DNA of 64,000 nucleotides from an uncultured candidatus Porisulfidus sp. (GCA_958431155.1 OY288106.1:717161-781160); one strand, 5' to 3'. Shown: positions 40,115 through 53,038, counted from the stretch's first letter. The notes: generated by a model not told the origin, from the sequence alone. A program made the numbers and translations.

Positions 40115-41665
40115 CTATCGGGGGTCCCTTGGAAAATCCCAATATACCCGCTTTTCAGGCCGATAGAAGCAAAGCGTAAGAATCAGCAAAGACAGAACAG
40201 CAAAGGGCCATTCTCCAAATTGAACATACGGAGTCATTCCCTCGCGGGGCTGTACCTCGCCCTCCAAGATTGCGGTTTCAAACTGAGGGGCAGACGCCCG
40301 GAGAGTCCCGTCTGCGTCGATAATCGCAGTTACGCCAGTACTCGCAACCCGGAGGAGTTCCCGGGCAGTCTCCGCAGCGCGTACCCGGCTTGATTCCAGA
40401 TGCTGCCATGGTGCCCGGCTCGCCCCGAACCATGCATCATTGCTCACGTTCACCAGGTAGGCCGCCTCCGGAAAAGACAGACGGGTAATAGACGGGTAAA
40501 CCGATTCATAGCAGATGGTTACCCCGACCGGGTTGCCGTGCACCTGTAGCAGGGGTCGGCCTTCGGCAGGCTGCAATGCGCGCATCCTGAAATGAATCAT
40601 CCGATACAGCGGGCCGAGCCAGTCTTCCAGCGGAGAATATTCCCCGAAGGGTACCAGTCGGCGTTTTCCGTAACGCTGGCCGGTCTTGATGTTCATCAGC
40701 CCGTTGTGCGGACCGGATTGATCTTCCTCGCGATAGAAAACACCGGCGAGCAGGGTGGTGTCGGTGCCCAGAACTTCATCTTGAATATTTTCATAGAAAC
40801 CCTCTATTTGACTGTAATACAATGGAATTGCAGCTTCTGGCCAGATGATCAGAGGAGTCTCTCCTGCGTGTTTAGTCAAATCCCGGTAAGTCTCCTTGAT
40901 GAATCCCAAGTTTTGCGCCCGCCAGCGCAGGTCCTGGCTCAGATTGGGCTGAATCATGGCGACTTTGGTCGATTCCCCAGACGGCGTACTCCACATGCTC
41001 CAGGCGATCGGACGCAGCATTTCTCCGCCCGCGACGATCAGCGCCACAGCGCCCAACCAGACTGCCTGCATGGAGAACGGCCGGCGCAGCCACGCCGCTG
41101 TCCATCCTGCCGCCAGCAGGAGCATCAACCCGGCCCCATGCACTCCCAGCAGCGGCAAGTAGCTGGCCCAGGGGCTATCTAAGCTCCCCTGCCCGATCAG
41201 TACCCAAGGGAATCCGGTGAGCAGCGTTCCGCGCAACCATTCCGCCGCTGCCAGCAACACGGCCGCGCCAGTTAAACGTTTTACGCCTTTTGGCAAAAAG
41301 CATGCGGCCAGCCATGCCGCCAACATCGGATACAAAGACAAATACAGCACCAGAACCGCAGCAAGCGAGACGGCCAGCCACAGCGGCGTGCTGGCATAGT
41401 GGTAGAGGCTGTAGTAGACCCAATAGACCCCGAAACCGAAGTATCCAAGACCGAACAATCCGCCCCGCTTCGCGGCCGTCGCGGCCGTACCCGAGTGGAG
41501 CGTGCAGAAGAAAAGAACCAGTCCGGCCCAAAGTGCCGGACGGAAAGCGTATGGGGCAAACCCAAACGAAGCGATCATGCCGCTCGCCAGAGCACTGGCG
41601 TGACCCCACGGCAACCTGCCAAGTCCACGCCAAAGCCTAAGTGGACCGGACATATTCACGTTCAC
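40115..41665 (-). CDS. lnt: apolipoprotein N-acyltransferase
   Basis: Multi-TM N-terminus plus CN-hydrolase domain with catalytic ICYESVYP. Confidence 0.88.
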   Translation of the reverse strand: MNVNMSGPLRLWRGLGRLPWGHASALASGMIASFGFAPYAFRPALWAGLVLFFCTLHSGTAATAAKRGGLFGLGYFGFGVYWVYYSLYHYASTPLWLAVSLAAVLVLYLSLYPMLAAWLAACFLPKGVKRLTGAAVLLAAAEWLRGTLLTGFPWVLIGQGSLDSPWASYLPLLGVHGAGLMLLLAAGWTAAWLRRPFSMQAVWLGAVALIVAGGEMLRPIAWSMWSTPSGESTKVAMIQPNLSQDLRWRAQNLGFIKETYRDLTKHAGETPLIIWPEAAIPLYYSQIEGFYENIQDEVLGTDTTLLAGVFYREEDQSGPHNGLMNIKTGQRYGKRRLVPFGEYSPLEDWLGPLYRMIHFRMRALQPAEGRPLLQVHGNPVGVTICYESVYPSITRLSFPEAAYLVNVSNDAWFGASRAPWQHLESSRVRAAETARELLRVASTGVTAIIDADGTLRASAPQFETAILEGEVQPREGMTPYVQFGEWPFAVLSLLILTLCFYRPEKRVYWDFPRDPR

Positions 41666-41666
41666 A

Positions 41667-42512
41667 TTACCTTCTGGACGGTGCCTGAGACACGTCCAGC
41701 AAGCGGATTCTCCGGTCCGAAACCCTCACCACCGTGAACATGAATCTTTCGATCTCGACTCGTTCCTCGATTGCGGGGAGGTGGCCGATCCTTTTCAGCA
41801 CAAGCCCTCCGATGGTTTCCTGGCCCACCGGGTCCAAAGAAGATTTGAAATACCGATTGAAGTCTGCGATCGGCACAGTTGCGTTCACCTCGTGGTGCCC
41901 TTCCCCGACGGCGCGAATCGACGGCGATTCCATTTCCCGGTCATGCTCGTCCTCAATTTCGCCGACAATCTCTTCCAGAACATCTTCGATTGTCACCAGA
42001 CCCGCCGCTTCCCCATATTCGTTGATTACGATACCCATATGGCTGCGTTTATGCTGAAAGTCCCGCAGCAACAAACTGAGTCGTTTGCTTTCCGGCAATG
42101 TGTGGGGGGGCAACATCATGTCTTTAATCGAGAAGTCCCGATCCGTGGCACCTACCCAAGTTAGTACGTCTTTGGCCAATAAAATTCCCTCGACCACGCC
42201 GCGGTCGTCATCAATGACCGGATAGCGGGAATGGCCGTGCTGAATTATGCTTTCGATTACGTCCTCGCGCGACGCGTCAATCTGGATCACCTTCATCTCC
42301 GAACGCGGAATCATGATGTCCGACGCCCGCAACCGCGAAATATTGAAAGCCCCTTCGAGCATGTTGCGCAAGCTCTCGCTCAACAGGTCCCTCCAGTGGA
42401 ACTCCCGGATCAGGGTTCTCGCCTCATCCTGATTCTTCGGTTGCAGCCAAACCCTCCGCCACACCCACCGCCGGATGCGAGAGTCCAAGTTCCGCCAGAA
42501 TTTGATCTTCAT
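41667..42512 (-). CDS. corC: CorC/HlyC-family magnesium/cobalt efflux protein (CBS pair + transporter-associated domain)
   Basis: 281 aa; CBS domains and a CorC_HlyC C-terminus. Confidence 0.85.
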   Translation of the reverse strand: MKIKFWRNLDSRIRRWVWRRVWLQPKNQDEARTLIREFHWRDLLSESLRNMLEGAFNISRLRASDIMIPRSEMKVIQIDASREDVIESIIQHGHSRYPVIDDDRGVVEGILLAKDVLTWVGATDRDFSIKDMMLPPHTLPESKRLSLLLRDFQHKRSHMGIVINEYGEAAGLVTIEDVLEEIVGEIEDEHDREMESPSIRAVGEGHHEVNATVPIADFNRYFKSSLDPVGQETIGGLVLKRIGHLPAIEERVEIERFMFTVVRVSDRRIRLLDVSQAPSRR

Positions 42513-42955
42513 CCGAGTGTGTAGGGGTCCGGATAGCCCAATCGCTCCATTGCGGTACGCTCCATCCCTTCCATACGGGCCGCCATCCCGGCATCATCAT
42601 GTTCGTAGCCCAATAGATGCAGCAGCCCATGAATTGTCATGTGTGCGAATCTTGCCTCTGCCGCATGCCCGTATTGGCGTGCTTCCCGAAACACTTCCGG
42701 CGCGCAAATGACGACATCGCCCAAGCAACCCTGATCGCGTTCAGCCTGATCCGCTTCAAAGGCCAAGACATTGGTTGGCCCCGACTTTCCGCGGTAGCGT
42801 TTGTTGAGTGCTTCCATCTCCACTTCGTCGACGACCCGGATGCATGCCAAAACTTCTTGAGGGTAGTCGATTGCCTCGGCCCAATCCTGGAATCGTTCCG
42901 CCGAAGGCACTCCGGAGAGCTGGATGGCGTGCTGGACTTCCGTCCGAATGGTCAT
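42509..42955 (-). CDS. ybeY: rRNA maturation endoribonuclease YbeY
   Basis: HGLLHLLGYEH metal-binding motif. Internal ATG start at 42955. Confidence 0.88.
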   Translation of the reverse strand: MTIRTEVQHAIQLSGVPSAERFQDWAEAIDYPQEVLACIRVVDEVEMEALNKRYRGKSGPTNVLAFEADQAERDQGCLGDVVICAPEVFREARQYGHAAEARFAHMTIHGLLHLLGYEHDDAGMAARMEGMERTAMERLGYPDPYTLG

Positions 42956-42956
42956 A

Positions 42957-43907
42957 TCAGCCCTTCCGGGAATACGCCTTGATGACCTGTCGCACCAACG
43001 GGTGCCGCACGACATCGTGCTCCGTGAAATGCACGCACGCAATGCCCGGCATGTCGCCAAGGAGGTTGAGGGCCTCTTCCAACCCCGAGCATTCATCCGA
43101 CGGCAGGTCGGTCTGCGTCAGGTCGCCAGTAACCACGGTGCGCGAACCAAACCCGAGCCGGGTCAGGAACATCTTCATTTGCCCGCGCGACGCATTCTGC
43201 GCCTCGTCCAGAATCACGAACGCATCCTTCAAGGTTCGCCCCCGCATGTACGCCAGAGGCGCGATCTCGATGATATTGCTTTCCATCCGCCGCATCGCCC
43301 GGTCGTGTCCCATCAATTCGTCAAGCGCGTCGTACATCGGCCGCAGGTAGGGATCAATTTTTTGCGCCAAATCGCCAGGAAGAAATCCCAGCCGCTCTCC
43401 GGTTTCCAGTACCGGGCGCACCAGGACGATCTTTTGGACCAGATCCTGTTCCAGCGCATAGATCGCCTGCGCGATGGCCAGATAGGTCTTGCCTGTACCG
43501 GCAGGCCCCACGCCGAACACCAGATCGTGATCCTGCAGGGTTGACAGATAGCGCTCCTGATTCTCGCCGTATGCGCGCAAGCGGGAGTGACGCAAGACCA
43601 GTTCCTTCACCTGCCCTGGTGCCGTGCCATCGTCATGTCTGGAAGTCAGCAGAAATCGATTGACGCTATCCTCTGAAAGCTCCGCGTGTTCCGTCTGGCG
43701 GTAGAGCGCCTGCAATGCGCCCGCCGCCGCCGCCACGGATGCTTCTTCGCCGAGCAACTGGAAGTCATGGCCGCGGTGCTGAATCTCAATGCCGAACCGT
43801 ACCTCCAGTTGATGCAGGTGTGCGTTGAGCGGGCCGCAAAGGCTGGCCAGGCGGGGATTGTCCGCGGGCTGCAGGAGCAGCTTCAGGGTACTGGCCTGAG
43901 TACTCAA
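42957..43907 (-). CDS. ybeZ: PhoH-like ATPase
   Basis: Walker A GPAGTGKT, 316 aa. Confidence 0.88.
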   Translation of the reverse strand: MSTQASTLKLLLQPADNPRLASLCGPLNAHLHQLEVRFGIEIQHRGHDFQLLGEEASVAAAAGALQALYRQTEHAELSEDSVNRFLLTSRHDDGTAPGQVKELVLRHSRLRAYGENQERYLSTLQDHDLVFGVGPAGTGKTYLAIAQAIYALEQDLVQKIVLVRPVLETGERLGFLPGDLAQKIDPYLRPMYDALDELMGHDRAMRRMESNIIEIAPLAYMRGRTLKDAFVILDEAQNASRGQMKMFLTRLGFGSRTVVTGDLTQTDLPSDECSGLEEALNLLGDMPGIACVHFTEHDVVRHPLVRQVIKAYSRKG

Positions 43908-45241
43908 TGCTGTTGGGCTGAAGCCCAGTCTCCGCGCAACGAATGGGCCCGCATCTCGGTGACGCGAACGGGTTGAAACGTTCCGATCAGGTCTTTCGGT
44001 CCCCTGAAATTGATTACCCGGTTGTCCGAGGCCCGACCTGCCAACTCCTTCGGATCACGGCGCGAAGGGCCCTCCACCAGGACCTCCTGGACGGTATCGA
44101 GACGGGTCTCCGAAATCGAGGTCCCTTGTGTCTCCAGTTGCTCCTGAAGCCGTGCCAAGCGGGCCTTTCTTTCCTCCAGCGGCGTGTCGTTTACCAATTC
44201 CGCGGCCGGGGTGCCGGGGCGTGGGCTGTAAAGGAAACTGAAGCTCTGATCGAATCCGACCTCTTCCGCCAAGCGGCAGGTGCGGTCGAAATCTTCCTCG
44301 GTCTCTCCGGGGAATCCCACAATGAAATCCGAAGAAATTGAAATCCCGGGACGGGCAACCTTGAGTTTGCGGATGATGGACTTGTACTCCAGCGCCGTGT
44401 AGCCGCGTTTCATCGCAGCCAGCACCCGGTCCGAGCCGCTTTGAACCGGCAGGTGCACATGCGCCGCCAGTTCCTCGACTTCCGCATGAACCTGAATCAG
44501 CGAGTCGGTGAATTCCCTCGGGTGCGACGTCGTGTACCGAATCCGCTCGATGCCGTCGATGGCCGAGACGTAACGCAGCAGGAGGGCAAAGTCGGCGGGT
44601 TGCCCGTTGTGCAGATTGTCTCGCCAGGCATTGACGTTCTGCCCGAGAAGCGTTACTTCCCGAACACCGCGCTCTGCCAGACCCACCACTTCCTGGATGA
44701 TGCCGTCGAACGGACGGCTGACCTCCTCCCCACGGGTGTACGGCACCACGCAGAATGAACAATATTTGCTGCATCCCTCCATGATCGATACGAACGCCGA
44801 CGCTCCTTGGACCGAAGGTTCGGGCAGGTTGTCGAATTTCTCGATTTCCGGAAAACTGACATCCACCACCCCTGCACTCCCCTGACGCGCCTGCATGATC
44901 AGGTCCGGCAGGCGATGCAGGGTCTGAGGCCCGAACACGAGGTCGACTTGCGGTGCGCGCCTGCGCAAGGCCTCTCCTTCCTGGCTGGCCACACATCCGC
45001 CAACACCGATCAGCACATCGGGCTTGGACTTTTTATATCGAGCGAGTCGGCCCAGGCGGCTGAACACTTTCTCCTGGGCCTTCTCGCGTACCGAGCAGGT
45101 GTTGAGCAGGAATAAGTCGGCCTCGGTTTCATCCGAAGTCGGAGTCATGCCCAATCGATCTTGCAGTACGTCCCGCATTCTGGCGGAATCGTACTCGTTC
45201 ATCTGACACCCGTGGGTCTCGATGTAGACCTTGCCTGCCAT
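43904..45241 (-). CDS. miaB: tRNA-i6A37 methylthiotransferase
   Basis: N-terminal [16 protein letters not shown], radical-SAM CxxxCxxC (CSKYCSFC), TRAM domain. Confidence 0.9.
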   Translation of the reverse strand: MAGKVYIETHGCQMNEYDSARMRDVLQDRLGMTPTSDETEADLFLLNTCSVREKAQEKVFSRLGRLARYKKSKPDVLIGVGGCVASQEGEALRRRAPQVDLVFGPQTLHRLPDLIMQARQGSAGVVDVSFPEIEKFDNLPEPSVQGASAFVSIMEGCSKYCSFCVVPYTRGEEVSRPFDGIIQEVVGLAERGVREVTLLGQNVNAWRDNLHNGQPADFALLLRYVSAIDGIERIRYTTSHPREFTDSLIQVHAEVEELAAHVHLPVQSGSDRVLAAMKRGYTALEYKSIIRKLKVARPGISISSDFIVGFPGETEEDFDRTCRLAEEVGFDQSFSFLYSPRPGTPAAELVNDTPLEERKARLARLQEQLETQGTSISETRLDTVQEVLVEGPSRRDPKELAGRASDNRVINFRGPKDLIGTFQPVRVTEMRAHSLRGDWASAQQH

Positions 45242-45283
45242 CACTCCTTCCGCCAACACGGCATGAGATGCCTGCGTAGGGAT

Positions 45284-45757
45284 TTAAAACGGGATGTCGT
45301 CGTCAAAGTCGGCATCATCTCCCGTCGGAGCCGCACTCGAGCCTGGGCCACTGCCGCTCGGCCTCGAGTTCTCCGGCATATAGTTGCCTTGGCTTTCCGA
45401 TGCATAACTGCCACCGCCACTGCGTGATCCCAGCAGCTGCATATCGTTGGCAATGACTTCCGTGCTATAGCGATTGTTTCCTTCCCGGTCTTGCCATTTT
45501 CGGGTCCGCAACTTTCCTTCAATATACACCTGAGATCCCTTCTTCAGGTATCGTTCCGCTACTTCGGCCAAGCGTTTGAACAGCACGATGTTGTGCCATT
45601 CGGTCGTTTCCACCCGTTCATTCGTCGCACTATCCCGCCGCCAGTCGTTGGTGGCAATCCGCATGTTGCAAACACTGGATCCGCTGTTCGTCTGGCGAAG
45701 TTCGGGGTCGGCCCCCAAAGTTCCCACCAGAATCACTTTATTGACTCCTCTCGACAT
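45284..45757 (-). CDS. ssb: single-stranded DNA-binding protein
   Basis: OB fold, Gly-rich linker, acidic tail DDDIPF. Confidence 0.93.
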   Translation of the reverse strand: MSRGVNKVILVGTLGADPELRQTNSGSSVCNMRIATNDWRRDSATNERVETTEWHNIVLFKRLAEVAERYLKKGSQVYIEGKLRTRKWQDREGNNRYSTEVIANDMQLLGSRSGGGSYASESQGNYMPENSRPSGSGPGSSAAPTGDDADFDDDIPF

Positions 45758-45874
45758 TGTTTATCCTCCGGACTGTAATGCTTTCGCGTCCTTGCGTTTA
45801 TACTTAAGCATATTCTCATTATTATTCAACGCACTACCGCATATAACTAGAAAAATTACTATTTCGCGGTGGCC

Positions 45875-47116
45875 TTATATGCGCCGTTCTTCCGACAATT
45901 CTAGCCCATTCAGAAGCAGAGCCCAAAACACAGCGAAACCGGCCAGGGTCAGGTACAGGAGTTCCGTGTTCTGCATTTCCAGGAACACCCCCGCCAGAAG
46001 CCCTCCCAGAAAGGCCCCTCCGAACTGAGCTGTGGAGAAAACTCCCAGCGCCATGCCCTTGAGATCCACCGAACACAGACGGGAGACCTGAGTCGGCAAC
46101 TGGGCTTCCAGAAAGTTGAACGCAATGAAAAACAACAGCAGCACACTTCCCAATAAAAAGATTTCATGGCGCACGAAGATCAACAGAACCTCGCAGCCAA
46201 CCAGTATCAACGCAAAAATTCGCATCCATCCTGCGACGCGAGAGTGCGCCAGGCGGAGGACCGGAAAAAGAAACAATGCAGATCCGGTCAGGACGACCAG
46301 GTAAAACATACTGTGTTCCTCGACCTGAAGACCGGCCATGTCCCGCATTGCCAGCGGCAGCGACATGAAATTCGCAGTCAACAACATGTGAATGACGGCC
46401 GCGCCCAAACTCAACCGCAATAGCCTGGAATCCTGCAATACCTTCCCCATGTCGCCCCACGTGCCCGCAGCCTGATGGGAAGACTCCCGCCCTGCCGGAA
46501 TCAGCATCAGCACCATGACCATGGCCAACACAGCCAGACCCGCCACCAAGGCGAAAATGCCATCGACCCCGATTTTCCCGGCCAACAGAGGCCCGGCGAT
46601 CAAGGAGACAATGAAAGTTGTCCCAATCAACATCCCGACCATCCCCATCATCCGGGCTCGCACCTGTTCCCGGCTCAGGTCGGCCACCCATGCGGTCAAG
46701 GCCGCGGAAATCGCCCCCGCCCCCTGCAATGCGCGTCCAATGATCATCTGTTCGATATCCGTGGCGTCCGCCGCCACCAGGCTCCCCACCATGAACACCG
46801 CCAGTCCCAGCAGCACGACGGCACGGCGGCCGAAGCGATCCGACAGCCAGCCCATCGGCACTTGCAGGGCTGCCTGCGTCAATCCGTAAATGCCCACCGC
46901 GATGCCGGCGAGTATCGGGGTCGAGTTTTGCAGGGTCTCCGCGTATATGGCAAAGACAGGAAGAATGATGAACAGACCCAGCATGCGCAGGGCATACACC
47001 CCACCGAGGGTGCCCACCGCCCTGCGTTCCAGCGCGTTGAGTGAAGAGTCGGTCACGGAGGGATTCAGGCCATCAAAAAATTCGTGCAGCACGCGGGCCT
47101 GATGCGGCAAATGCAT
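45875..47116 (-). CDS. MFS transporter
   Basis: 12 predicted TM helices. Confidence 0.75.
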   Translation of the reverse strand: MHLPHQARVLHEFFDGLNPSVTDSSLNALERRAVGTLGGVYALRMLGLFIILPVFAIYAETLQNSTPILAGIAVGIYGLTQAALQVPMGWLSDRFGRRAVVLLGLAVFMVGSLVAADATDIEQMIIGRALQGAGAISAALTAWVADLSREQVRARMMGMVGMLIGTTFIVSLIAGPLLAGKIGVDGIFALVAGLAVLAMVMVLMLIPAGRESSHQAAGTWGDMGKVLQDSRLLRLSLGAAVIHMLLTANFMSLPLAMRDMAGLQVEEHSMFYLVVLTGSALFLFPVLRLAHSRVAGWMRIFALILVGCEVLLIFVRHEIFLLGSVLLLFFIAFNFLEAQLPTQVSRLCSVDLKGMALGVFSTAQFGGAFLGGLLAGVFLEMQNTELLYLTLAGFAVFWALLLNGLELSEERRI

Positions 47117-47299
47117 GGCTGTCGAACTATTTTATCAATTGAAATCTCGACATTGCCCGAAGCCCTCCCCCTTTCTACTTTCGACCTTTTGCCCGCCTCC
47201 ATGACCCCTTTCCAAGGTCTGGCAATGGCCAGCGGGTCGGGTGGCGGGCAAATCCAATTCTGTCGTATAGTAGGGGGCTAACCATATGGAAGCCCCGAC

Positions 47300-50107
47300 A
47301 TGGAACAAATCCGGATCCGCGGAGCACGGACGCACAATCTCGACAACATCGACCTGGACATCCCGCGCGACCGGTTGACCGTGGTGACCGGCCTGTCCGG
47401 ATCCGGCAAGTCTTCGCTCGCCTTCGACACCATCTTCGCTGAGGGGCAGCGTCGTTACGTCGAATCCCTGTCGGCGTATGCCCGGCAGTTTCTCGCACGA
47501 ATGGAAAAGCCTGATGTAGACAGCATCGAAGGGCTATCCCCCGCCATCTCGATCGAACAGAAAAGTGCCTCGCACAACCCCCGTTCCACCGTCGGCACAA
47601 TCACCGAGATCCACGACTACCTGCGCCTGATGTATGCCCGCGTCGGAACCCCCCGGTGCCCGCGCCACAGCCATGACCTGCAGGCCCAAACCATCACCGA
47701 GATGACGGATCACGTGCAGGCCCTGCCCGAGGGCCGGCGAATCATGATTCTCGCGCCGGTGGTGCGCGACCGCAAGGGAGAACACCAGGAACTCCTGCAG
47801 GGGCTGATGGCACAAGGCTTCCTGCGCGCGCGCATTGACGGCGAGGCTCGCGAGCTTGATGAGCCGATCCGCTTGGACCTTCGCCGAAAGCACACGATTG
47901 AGGTGATCATCGACCGCCTCAAGGTCCGCGACGGAATCCGTACCCGTATCGCCGAATCCTTCGAGACCGCACTACGGCTCGGGCAAGGCGTAGCACGCGT
48001 GGTCAACATGGACGGCGACCCCATCGACGAGACCTTCTCCAGCCAGTACGCCTGCCCGGAATGCGGATACAGTCTGAACGAACTGGAACCCCGGCTATTC
48101 TCCTTCAACAGTCCGATCGGTGCCTGCAGTGAGTGCGATGGCCTAGGCGTACAGACATTCTTCGACGAGTTCAAGGTGATCCATTCCGACCGATCCTTGC
48201 GCCACGGCGCAATCCGCGGCTGGGACGAGCGGAACGTCGCCTATTTCCGAATGATCAAGACGCTGGCGAAGCATTACCGATTTTCCGTCGATTTGCCTTT
48301 CCAGCGGTTGCCGCGTCGGGCGCGCGACATCATCCTGTACGGCTCCAACGGCGAGTCTCTTTCCTTCGAATATACCGACACTCACGGTCGCCGGATGCGC
48401 TCCCGACATCCGTTCGAAGGCGTACTCCCGAACATGGAACGCCGCTTCCGTGATACGGAATCCTCTGCCGTACGCGACGAACTATCGCGCTACCGCAGCC
48501 AGCGCGCCTGTCCGACCTGCGAGGGCGAGCGCCTGTGCGAAGCCGCCCGAAACGTTTTCATCGACGGCACCCCCCTGCCCCAGCTGCTGCACTGGCCCAT
48601 TGCCGAAGTCTCCGCGTTCTTCGGAAGGCTGAATCTATCCGGATACCGCGCACAGATTGCCGCAAAAATCATCGCCGAGATCAGCCAGCGACTCCGATTC
48701 CTGATGGATGTCGGCCTTGAGTACCTGAGCCTGGAGCGCCGGGCCGAAACCCTGTCCGGCGGCGAGGCGCAACGCATCCGGCTGGCCAGCCAGATTGGCG
48801 CCGGGCTCGTTGGCGTGACCTATATCCTGGACGAGCCATCCATCGGCCTGCACCAGCGGGACAACGCCAGACTCCTGAAGACGCTCGCCCACCTGCGCGA
48901 CATCGGGAACACGGTGATTGTCGTCGAGCACGACGAAAGTGCCATGCGGAGTGCCGACCATCTGGTCGACCTGGGGCCCGGTGCAGGAATCCACGGCGGC
49001 CGCATAGTCGCCCAAGGCTCGCCGGAAGAGGTGGTCCAGGAGAAGGACTCCCTGACCGCCCAATACCTCTCAGGCCAGCAGAAAATCGAAATCCCTCCAC
49101 AACGGGTGCGGGCGCAGAAGGACCGGCAATTGGTGATTCGCAAAGCTTCCGGAAACAACCTTCGCGACCTGGACGTGTCCATCCCGGTCGGGCTCCTCAC
49201 CTGCGTCACCGGAGTTTCCGGATCCGGGAAGTCCACGCTGGTGAACGACACCCTGTACGGCCAGCTGATCCGACCGAAAGACTGGATTCCCGGCCCCTGC
49301 GAAAGCTTGGAAGGCCTGGATCTGATTGACAAGGTCATTCGCATCGACCAGAGCCCGATCGGGCGCACACCCCGTTCGAATCCAGCCACCTATACCGGCC
49401 TGTTCGGCCCGGTGCGGGAATTGTTCGCGGGCACCCAAGAAGCCCGCTCCCGGGGCTACCAGCCTGGACGGTTCAGCTTCAACGTCCGCGGCGGCCGTTG
49501 CGAGGCCTGCCAAGGCGACGGTGTCATCAAGGTCGAGATGCACTTCCTGCCCGACGTCTACGTGCCCTGCGACGTCTGCGCAGGCCTGCGCTACAACCGG
49601 GAGACCCTGGACATCCGCTACAAGCACAAGAACATTGCGGAAGTCCTTGACATGACGGTCGAGACGGCCCGCGAGTTTTTCGAGAACATCCCTCCGGTAC
49701 GCCGCAAGCTCGACACCCTGGCCCAAGTCGGCCTGTCCTATCTGCATCTAGGGCAGAGCGCCACCACCCTGTCGGGGGGAGAAGCCCAGCGCATCAAACT
49801 GTCCCGCGAACTGTCCAAACGCGGAACCGGGCAAACTCTCTACATCCTGGACGAGCCGACCACCGGGCTGCACTTCCACGACATCAAGCTCCTGCTGCAC
49901 GTCCTGCACCAGTTGCGGGACCGCGGCAACACCGTGATCGTGATCGAGCACAACCTGGACGTCATCAAGACGGCCGACTGGATTATCGATCTCGGCCCGG
50001 AAGGCGGCCAGGCGGGAGGCCGGATTGTCGCTGAAGGCTCACCGGAGAAAGTCGCGCGCAACAAGCGATCCTATACCGGGCAGTTCTTGGCCCCGGCATT
50101 GAAGTAA
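47300..50107 (+). CDS. uvrA: excinuclease ABC subunit A
   Basis: Two ABC modules ([20 protein letters not shown]), zinc fingers. Divergent from ssb as in E. coli. Confidence 0.95.
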   Translation: MEQIRIRGARTHNLDNIDLDIPRDRLTVVTGLSGSGKSSLAFDTIFAEGQRRYVESLSAYARQFLARMEKPDVDSIEGLSPAISIEQKSASHNPRSTVGTITEIHDYLRLMYARVGTPRCPRHSHDLQAQTITEMTDHVQALPEGRRIMILAPVVRDRKGEHQELLQGLMAQGFLRARIDGEARELDEPIRLDLRRKHTIEVIIDRLKVRDGIRTRIAESFETALRLGQGVARVVNMDGDPIDETFSSQYACPECGYSLNELEPRLFSFNSPIGACSECDGLGVQTFFDEFKVIHSDRSLRHGAIRGWDERNVAYFRMIKTLAKHYRFSVDLPFQRLPRRARDIILYGSNGESLSFEYTDTHGRRMRSRHPFEGVLPNMERRFRDTESSAVRDELSRYRSQRACPTCEGERLCEAARNVFIDGTPLPQLLHWPIAEVSAFFGRLNLSGYRAQIAAKIIAEISQRLRFLMDVGLEYLSLERRAETLSGGEAQRIRLASQIGAGLVGVTYILDEPSIGLHQRDNARLLKTLAHLRDIGNTVIVVEHDESAMRSADHLVDLGPGAGIHGGRIVAQGSPEEVVQEKDSLTAQYLSGQQKIEIPPQRVRAQKDRQLVIRKASGNNLRDLDVSIPVGLLTCVTGVSGSGKSTLVNDTLYGQLIRPKDWIPGPCESLEGLDLIDKVIRIDQSPIGRTPRSNPATYTGLFGPVRELFAGTQEARSRGYQPGRFSFNVRGGRCEACQGDGVIKVEMHFLPDVYVPCDVCAGLRYNRETLDIRYKHKNIAEVLDMTVETAREFFENIPPVRRKLDTLAQVGLSYLHLGQSATTLSGGEAQRIKLSRELSKRGTGQTLYILDEPTTGLHFHDIKLLLHVLHQLRDRGNTVIVIEHNLDVIKTADWIIDLGPEGGQAGGRIVAEGSPEKVARNKRSYTGQFLAPALK

Positions 50108-50116
50108 GAGTTAGGA

Positions 50117-50132
50117 ACGGCCTTCCGGCCGT
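50117..50132. terminator. GC hairpin (ACGGCC-TTCC-GGCCGT) between convergent uvrA and rplQ
   Basis: Perfect 6-bp stem with 4-nt loop in the 41-nt convergent gap. No strong U-tract on either side. Confidence 0.3.
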
Positions 50133-50148
50133 GAATTAAAGCCCGGAA

Positions 50149-50568
50149 TTATTCCGTCGCTTCGGCAACTTCTGTGGTTTCGGGAGCAGGCAATTCCGCT
50201 TCCGCGCTCGTCTCCCGGTCCACCAACTCGACATACGCCATCGGGGCCTTGTCCCCAGGGCGGTAGCCATTCTTGAGAACCCGCATATAGCCCCCGGGAC
50301 GGTCCTTGTATTTCGGACCCAGTTCCGTGAAGAGCTTGCCGACGATCTGACGGTCGCGCAACTTGTCGAACGCACGGCGACGATGGGCCACCGTATCTTC
50401 CCCGGCCAGCGTAATCAGCGGCTCGACGACACGGCGCAACTCCTTGGCTTTCGGCAAGGTGGTATGAATTCCCTCGTGCTGCAGCAGCGACACCGCCATG
50501 TTGCGAAACATGGCACGGCGATGTGCCGAGGTACGGTTCAGGCGGCGGCCGGCCTTCCGGTGGCGCAT
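50149..50568 (-). CDS. rplQ: 50S ribosomal protein L17
   Basis: [20 protein letters not shown]... Confidence 0.95.
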   Translation of the reverse strand: MRHRKAGRRLNRTSAHRRAMFRNMAVSLLQHEGIHTTLPKAKELRRVVEPLITLAGEDTVAHRRRAFDKLRDRQIVGKLFTELGPKYKDRPGGYMRVLKNGYRPGDKAPMAYVELVDRETSAEAELPAPETTEVAEATE

Positions 50569-50578
50569 GGCTAATCCC

Positions 50579-51574
50579 TCAGAACAGCGGCGTACGTCCG
50601 CGCACCAAGTCGGAGGGCGGCCAGTTCTCGACCTTCATGCTTAGCGTCAACTCGCGTGCCGCCAAGGCTTGCTTGATTTCTGCGACGGTCTTCACCCCGA
50701 TGTTCGGGGTCTGCTTCATCAGCTCGTCCTCGCCCTTCTGCACCAGGTCGCCCACGAAGAAGATGTTTTCCTGCTTGAGGCTGTTGATTGAACGCACGCC
50801 CAACTCCAACTCATCGATCGGTAGCTTGAAGACCGGGTCGACCTCGGTGGTATGGGTCGGCACCGGGCGCATGACTTCGCCCTCCAGACCGACCAGCACC
50901 GACAGTTGCTCGCTCAGGATCACCGCAGCCAGGCGGATGATTTCCTCCGGCTCGACAGTGCCGTTCGTCTCCAGGTCCAGCACCAGCTTGTCCAGATCGG
51001 TGCGCTGCTCCACGCGGGTGTTCTCCACCTGATAGGCCACCCGGCGGATCGGGCTGAAGCTGGCATCCAGCAGCAAGGTGCCGATGGAATGTTCCTGATC
51101 GTCGCGCCGACGAGCCGGCACCGGGACGTACCCGCGGCCCCGCTCGATCTTCAGCCGCATATCCAGGGCGCCCGTATCGGTCAGGTGCGCGATCACGTGA
51201 TCCGGGTTTGAAATCTCGATGTCGTGACCGAGTTCGATGTCACCCGCACACACGACCCCCGGGCCGCTTTTCTTCAGGTGCAACTCCGCCTTCACGCGCT
51301 CGTGCATGCGGATGGCGATGCCCTTGAGGTTGAGCAGGATGTCCACTACATCCTCCTGCACTCCGTCGAGCGTGTCGTATTCGTGTTTCACGCCCTCGAT
51401 CTCGACCTCGGTGATGGCCGAGCCCGGGATGGACGACAGCAGGACCCGGCGCAGCGCATTCCCCAGCGTATGCCCGAATCCCCGCTCCATCGGCTCCAAC
51501 ACCACGCGCGCTTCGCGACCGGCCGTGTACTTGGCCTCCACTACGCGGGGCACCATCAATTCGCTGCTCAGCAT
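50579..51574 (-). CDS. rpoA: DNA-directed RNA polymerase subunit alpha
   Basis: 331 aa. Confidence 0.95.
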   Translation of the reverse strand: MLSSELMVPRVVEAKYTAGREARVVLEPMERGFGHTLGNALRRVLLSSIPGSAITEVEIEGVKHEYDTLDGVQEDVVDILLNLKGIAIRMHERVKAELHLKKSGPGVVCAGDIELGHDIEISNPDHVIAHLTDTGALDMRLKIERGRGYVPVPARRRDDQEHSIGTLLLDASFSPIRRVAYQVENTRVEQRTDLDKLVLDLETNGTVEPEEIIRLAAVILSEQLSVLVGLEGEVMRPVPTHTTEVDPVFKLPIDELELGVRSINSLKQENIFFVGDLVQKGEDELMKQTPNIGVKTVAEIKQALAARELTLSMKVENWPPSDLVRGRTPLF

Positions 51575-51594
51575 TCTTTCAGTCCTCTTCAGGA

Positions 51595-52224
51595 TTATTT
51601 CGAATAGAATTCAACGACTAAAGACTCGTTGATTTCCCTGTAAATCTCTTCGCGCGCGGGGGGCTGTTTGAAAGTCCCTTCAAACTTGTCGAAATCGACG
51701 TCCACCCAGTCTGGCAGGCCCTGCTGCTTGGCGATACCGATCGCGTCCTTGATCCGCACCTGTTCGCGCATCTTCTCGCGGATCGCGACCACGTCGCCAG
51801 CCATGACCGAATACGACGGGATGTTGACTACTTTGCCGTTCACTTCGATGCCCTTGTGCGAGACGATCTGGCGGCATTCCGCGCGGGTCGTGCCGAAGCC
51901 CATGCGGTACACCACATTGTCCAGCCGGCACTCCAGCAGACGCAGCAAGTTGTCACCGGTCGAGCCCTTGGCCTGCGAGGCTTTTTTGTAGTAGTTGCGG
52001 AACTGCCGCTCAAGCACGCCGTAGAGGCGGCGCAGCTTCTGCTTCTCGCGCAGCTGCAGGCCGTAATCGGAGATTCGCCCACGGCGGCCTCCGCGCCCAC
52101 CCTTGCTGCCTGGCGGCACGTCGAGCTTGCACTTCTTATCCAGTTCGCGCACCGGCGACTTGAGCTCCAGGTTGGTGCCCTCGCGCCGCATAAGCTTGCA
52201 TCGGGGTCCGAGATAGCGTGCCAT
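51595..52224 (-). CDS. rpsD: 30S ribosomal protein S4
   Basis: [11 protein letters not shown]... Confidence 0.95.
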   Translation of the reverse strand: MARYLGPRCKLMRREGTNLELKSPVRELDKKCKLDVPPGSKGGRGGRRGRISDYGLQLREKQKLRRLYGVLERQFRNYYKKASQAKGSTGDNLLRLLECRLDNVVYRMGFGTTRAECRQIVSHKGIEVNGKVVNIPSYSVMAGDVVAIREKMREQVRIKDAIGIAKQQGLPDWVDVDFDKFEGTFKQPPAREEIYREINESLVVEFYSK

Positions 52225-52233
52225 GGCCTTGCC

Positions 52234-52641
52234 TCAGACGCGGCGCCGCTTCGGCGGGCGGCAGCCGTTGTGCGGAACCGGGGTGATGTCCCGGATGTTC
52301 GTGATGCGGAACCCGCTGGCGTTCAACGCCCGCATGGCCGATTCGCGGCCCGGTCCCGGCCCGCGCACCCGGACTTCCAGGTTGCGGATTCCGAATTCCT
52401 GGGCTTCCTTGCTGACCCGTGAGGCCGCGACCTGGGCGGCAAACGGCGTGCTCTTGCGGGACCCCTTGAAGCCGGAGCCCCCGGAGGTCGCCCAGCACAG
52501 GGTGTTGCCCTGCAGGTCGGTGATGGTCACGATCGTGTTGTTGAACGAAGCGCGGATGTGCGCGATCCCATCGGTCAGGGTCCGGCGGATCTTCTTACGC
52601 GACCGAGTGGCGGTTTTGGGTTTGGACTTGGGAGCAGCCAT
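52234..52641 (-). CDS. rpsK: 30S ribosomal protein S11
   Basis: 135 aa. Confidence 0.95.
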   Translation of the reverse strand: MAAPKSKPKTATRSRKKIRRTLTDGIAHIRASFNNTIVTITDLQGNTLCWATSGGSGFKGSRKSTPFAAQVAASRVSKEAQEFGIRNLEVRVRGPGPGRESAMRALNASGFRITNIRDITPVPHNGCRPPKRRRV

Positions 52642-52644
52642 GGA

Positions 52645-53001
52645 TTACCTGCGGATCGGGCGGCGCGGCCCTTTGCGGGTGCGCGCATTGGTTCGGGTTC
52701 GTTGGCCGCGCAGCGGCAGGCTGCGCCGGTGACGCACCCCCCGGTAGCAGCCGAGGTCCAGCAGGCGCTTGATGCTCATGGCGCTCTCGCGGCGCAGGTC
52801 ACCCTCGATGGTGTAATTGCCGACCGCCTCGCGCAGCGTGCCCAGTTCCGCCTCGCTGAGGCTGCCGAGCTTCTCTGCCGGGTTCACCGAACAGGCCCCA
52901 CAAATCGCCACTGCCCGGCTGCGTCCAATGCCAAAAATGGACTGCAGCGCGATCACCGTATGCTTGTGATCGGGGAGATTGACGCCTGCAATTCGTGCCA
53001 T
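52645..53001 (-). CDS. rpsM: 30S ribosomal protein S13
   Basis: [10 protein letters not shown]... Confidence 0.95.
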   Translation of the reverse strand: MARIAGVNLPDHKHTVIALQSIFGIGRSRAVAICGACSVNPAEKLGSLSEAELGTLREAVGNYTIEGDLRRESAMSIKRLLDLGCYRGVRHRRSLPLRGQRTRTNARTRKGPRRPIRR

Positions 53002-53038
53002 GGTTCTTTGTGCGCGTAAAAGGATTTATTTTACCGTA

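Noticed and set aside
45758-47299. LexA/SOS boxes (CTGT-N8-ACAG) upstream of ssb and uvrA
   Set aside because: Both intergenic regions were scanned by eye on both strands. No CTGT-N8-ACAG or close variant was found, so no SOS operator is claimed.
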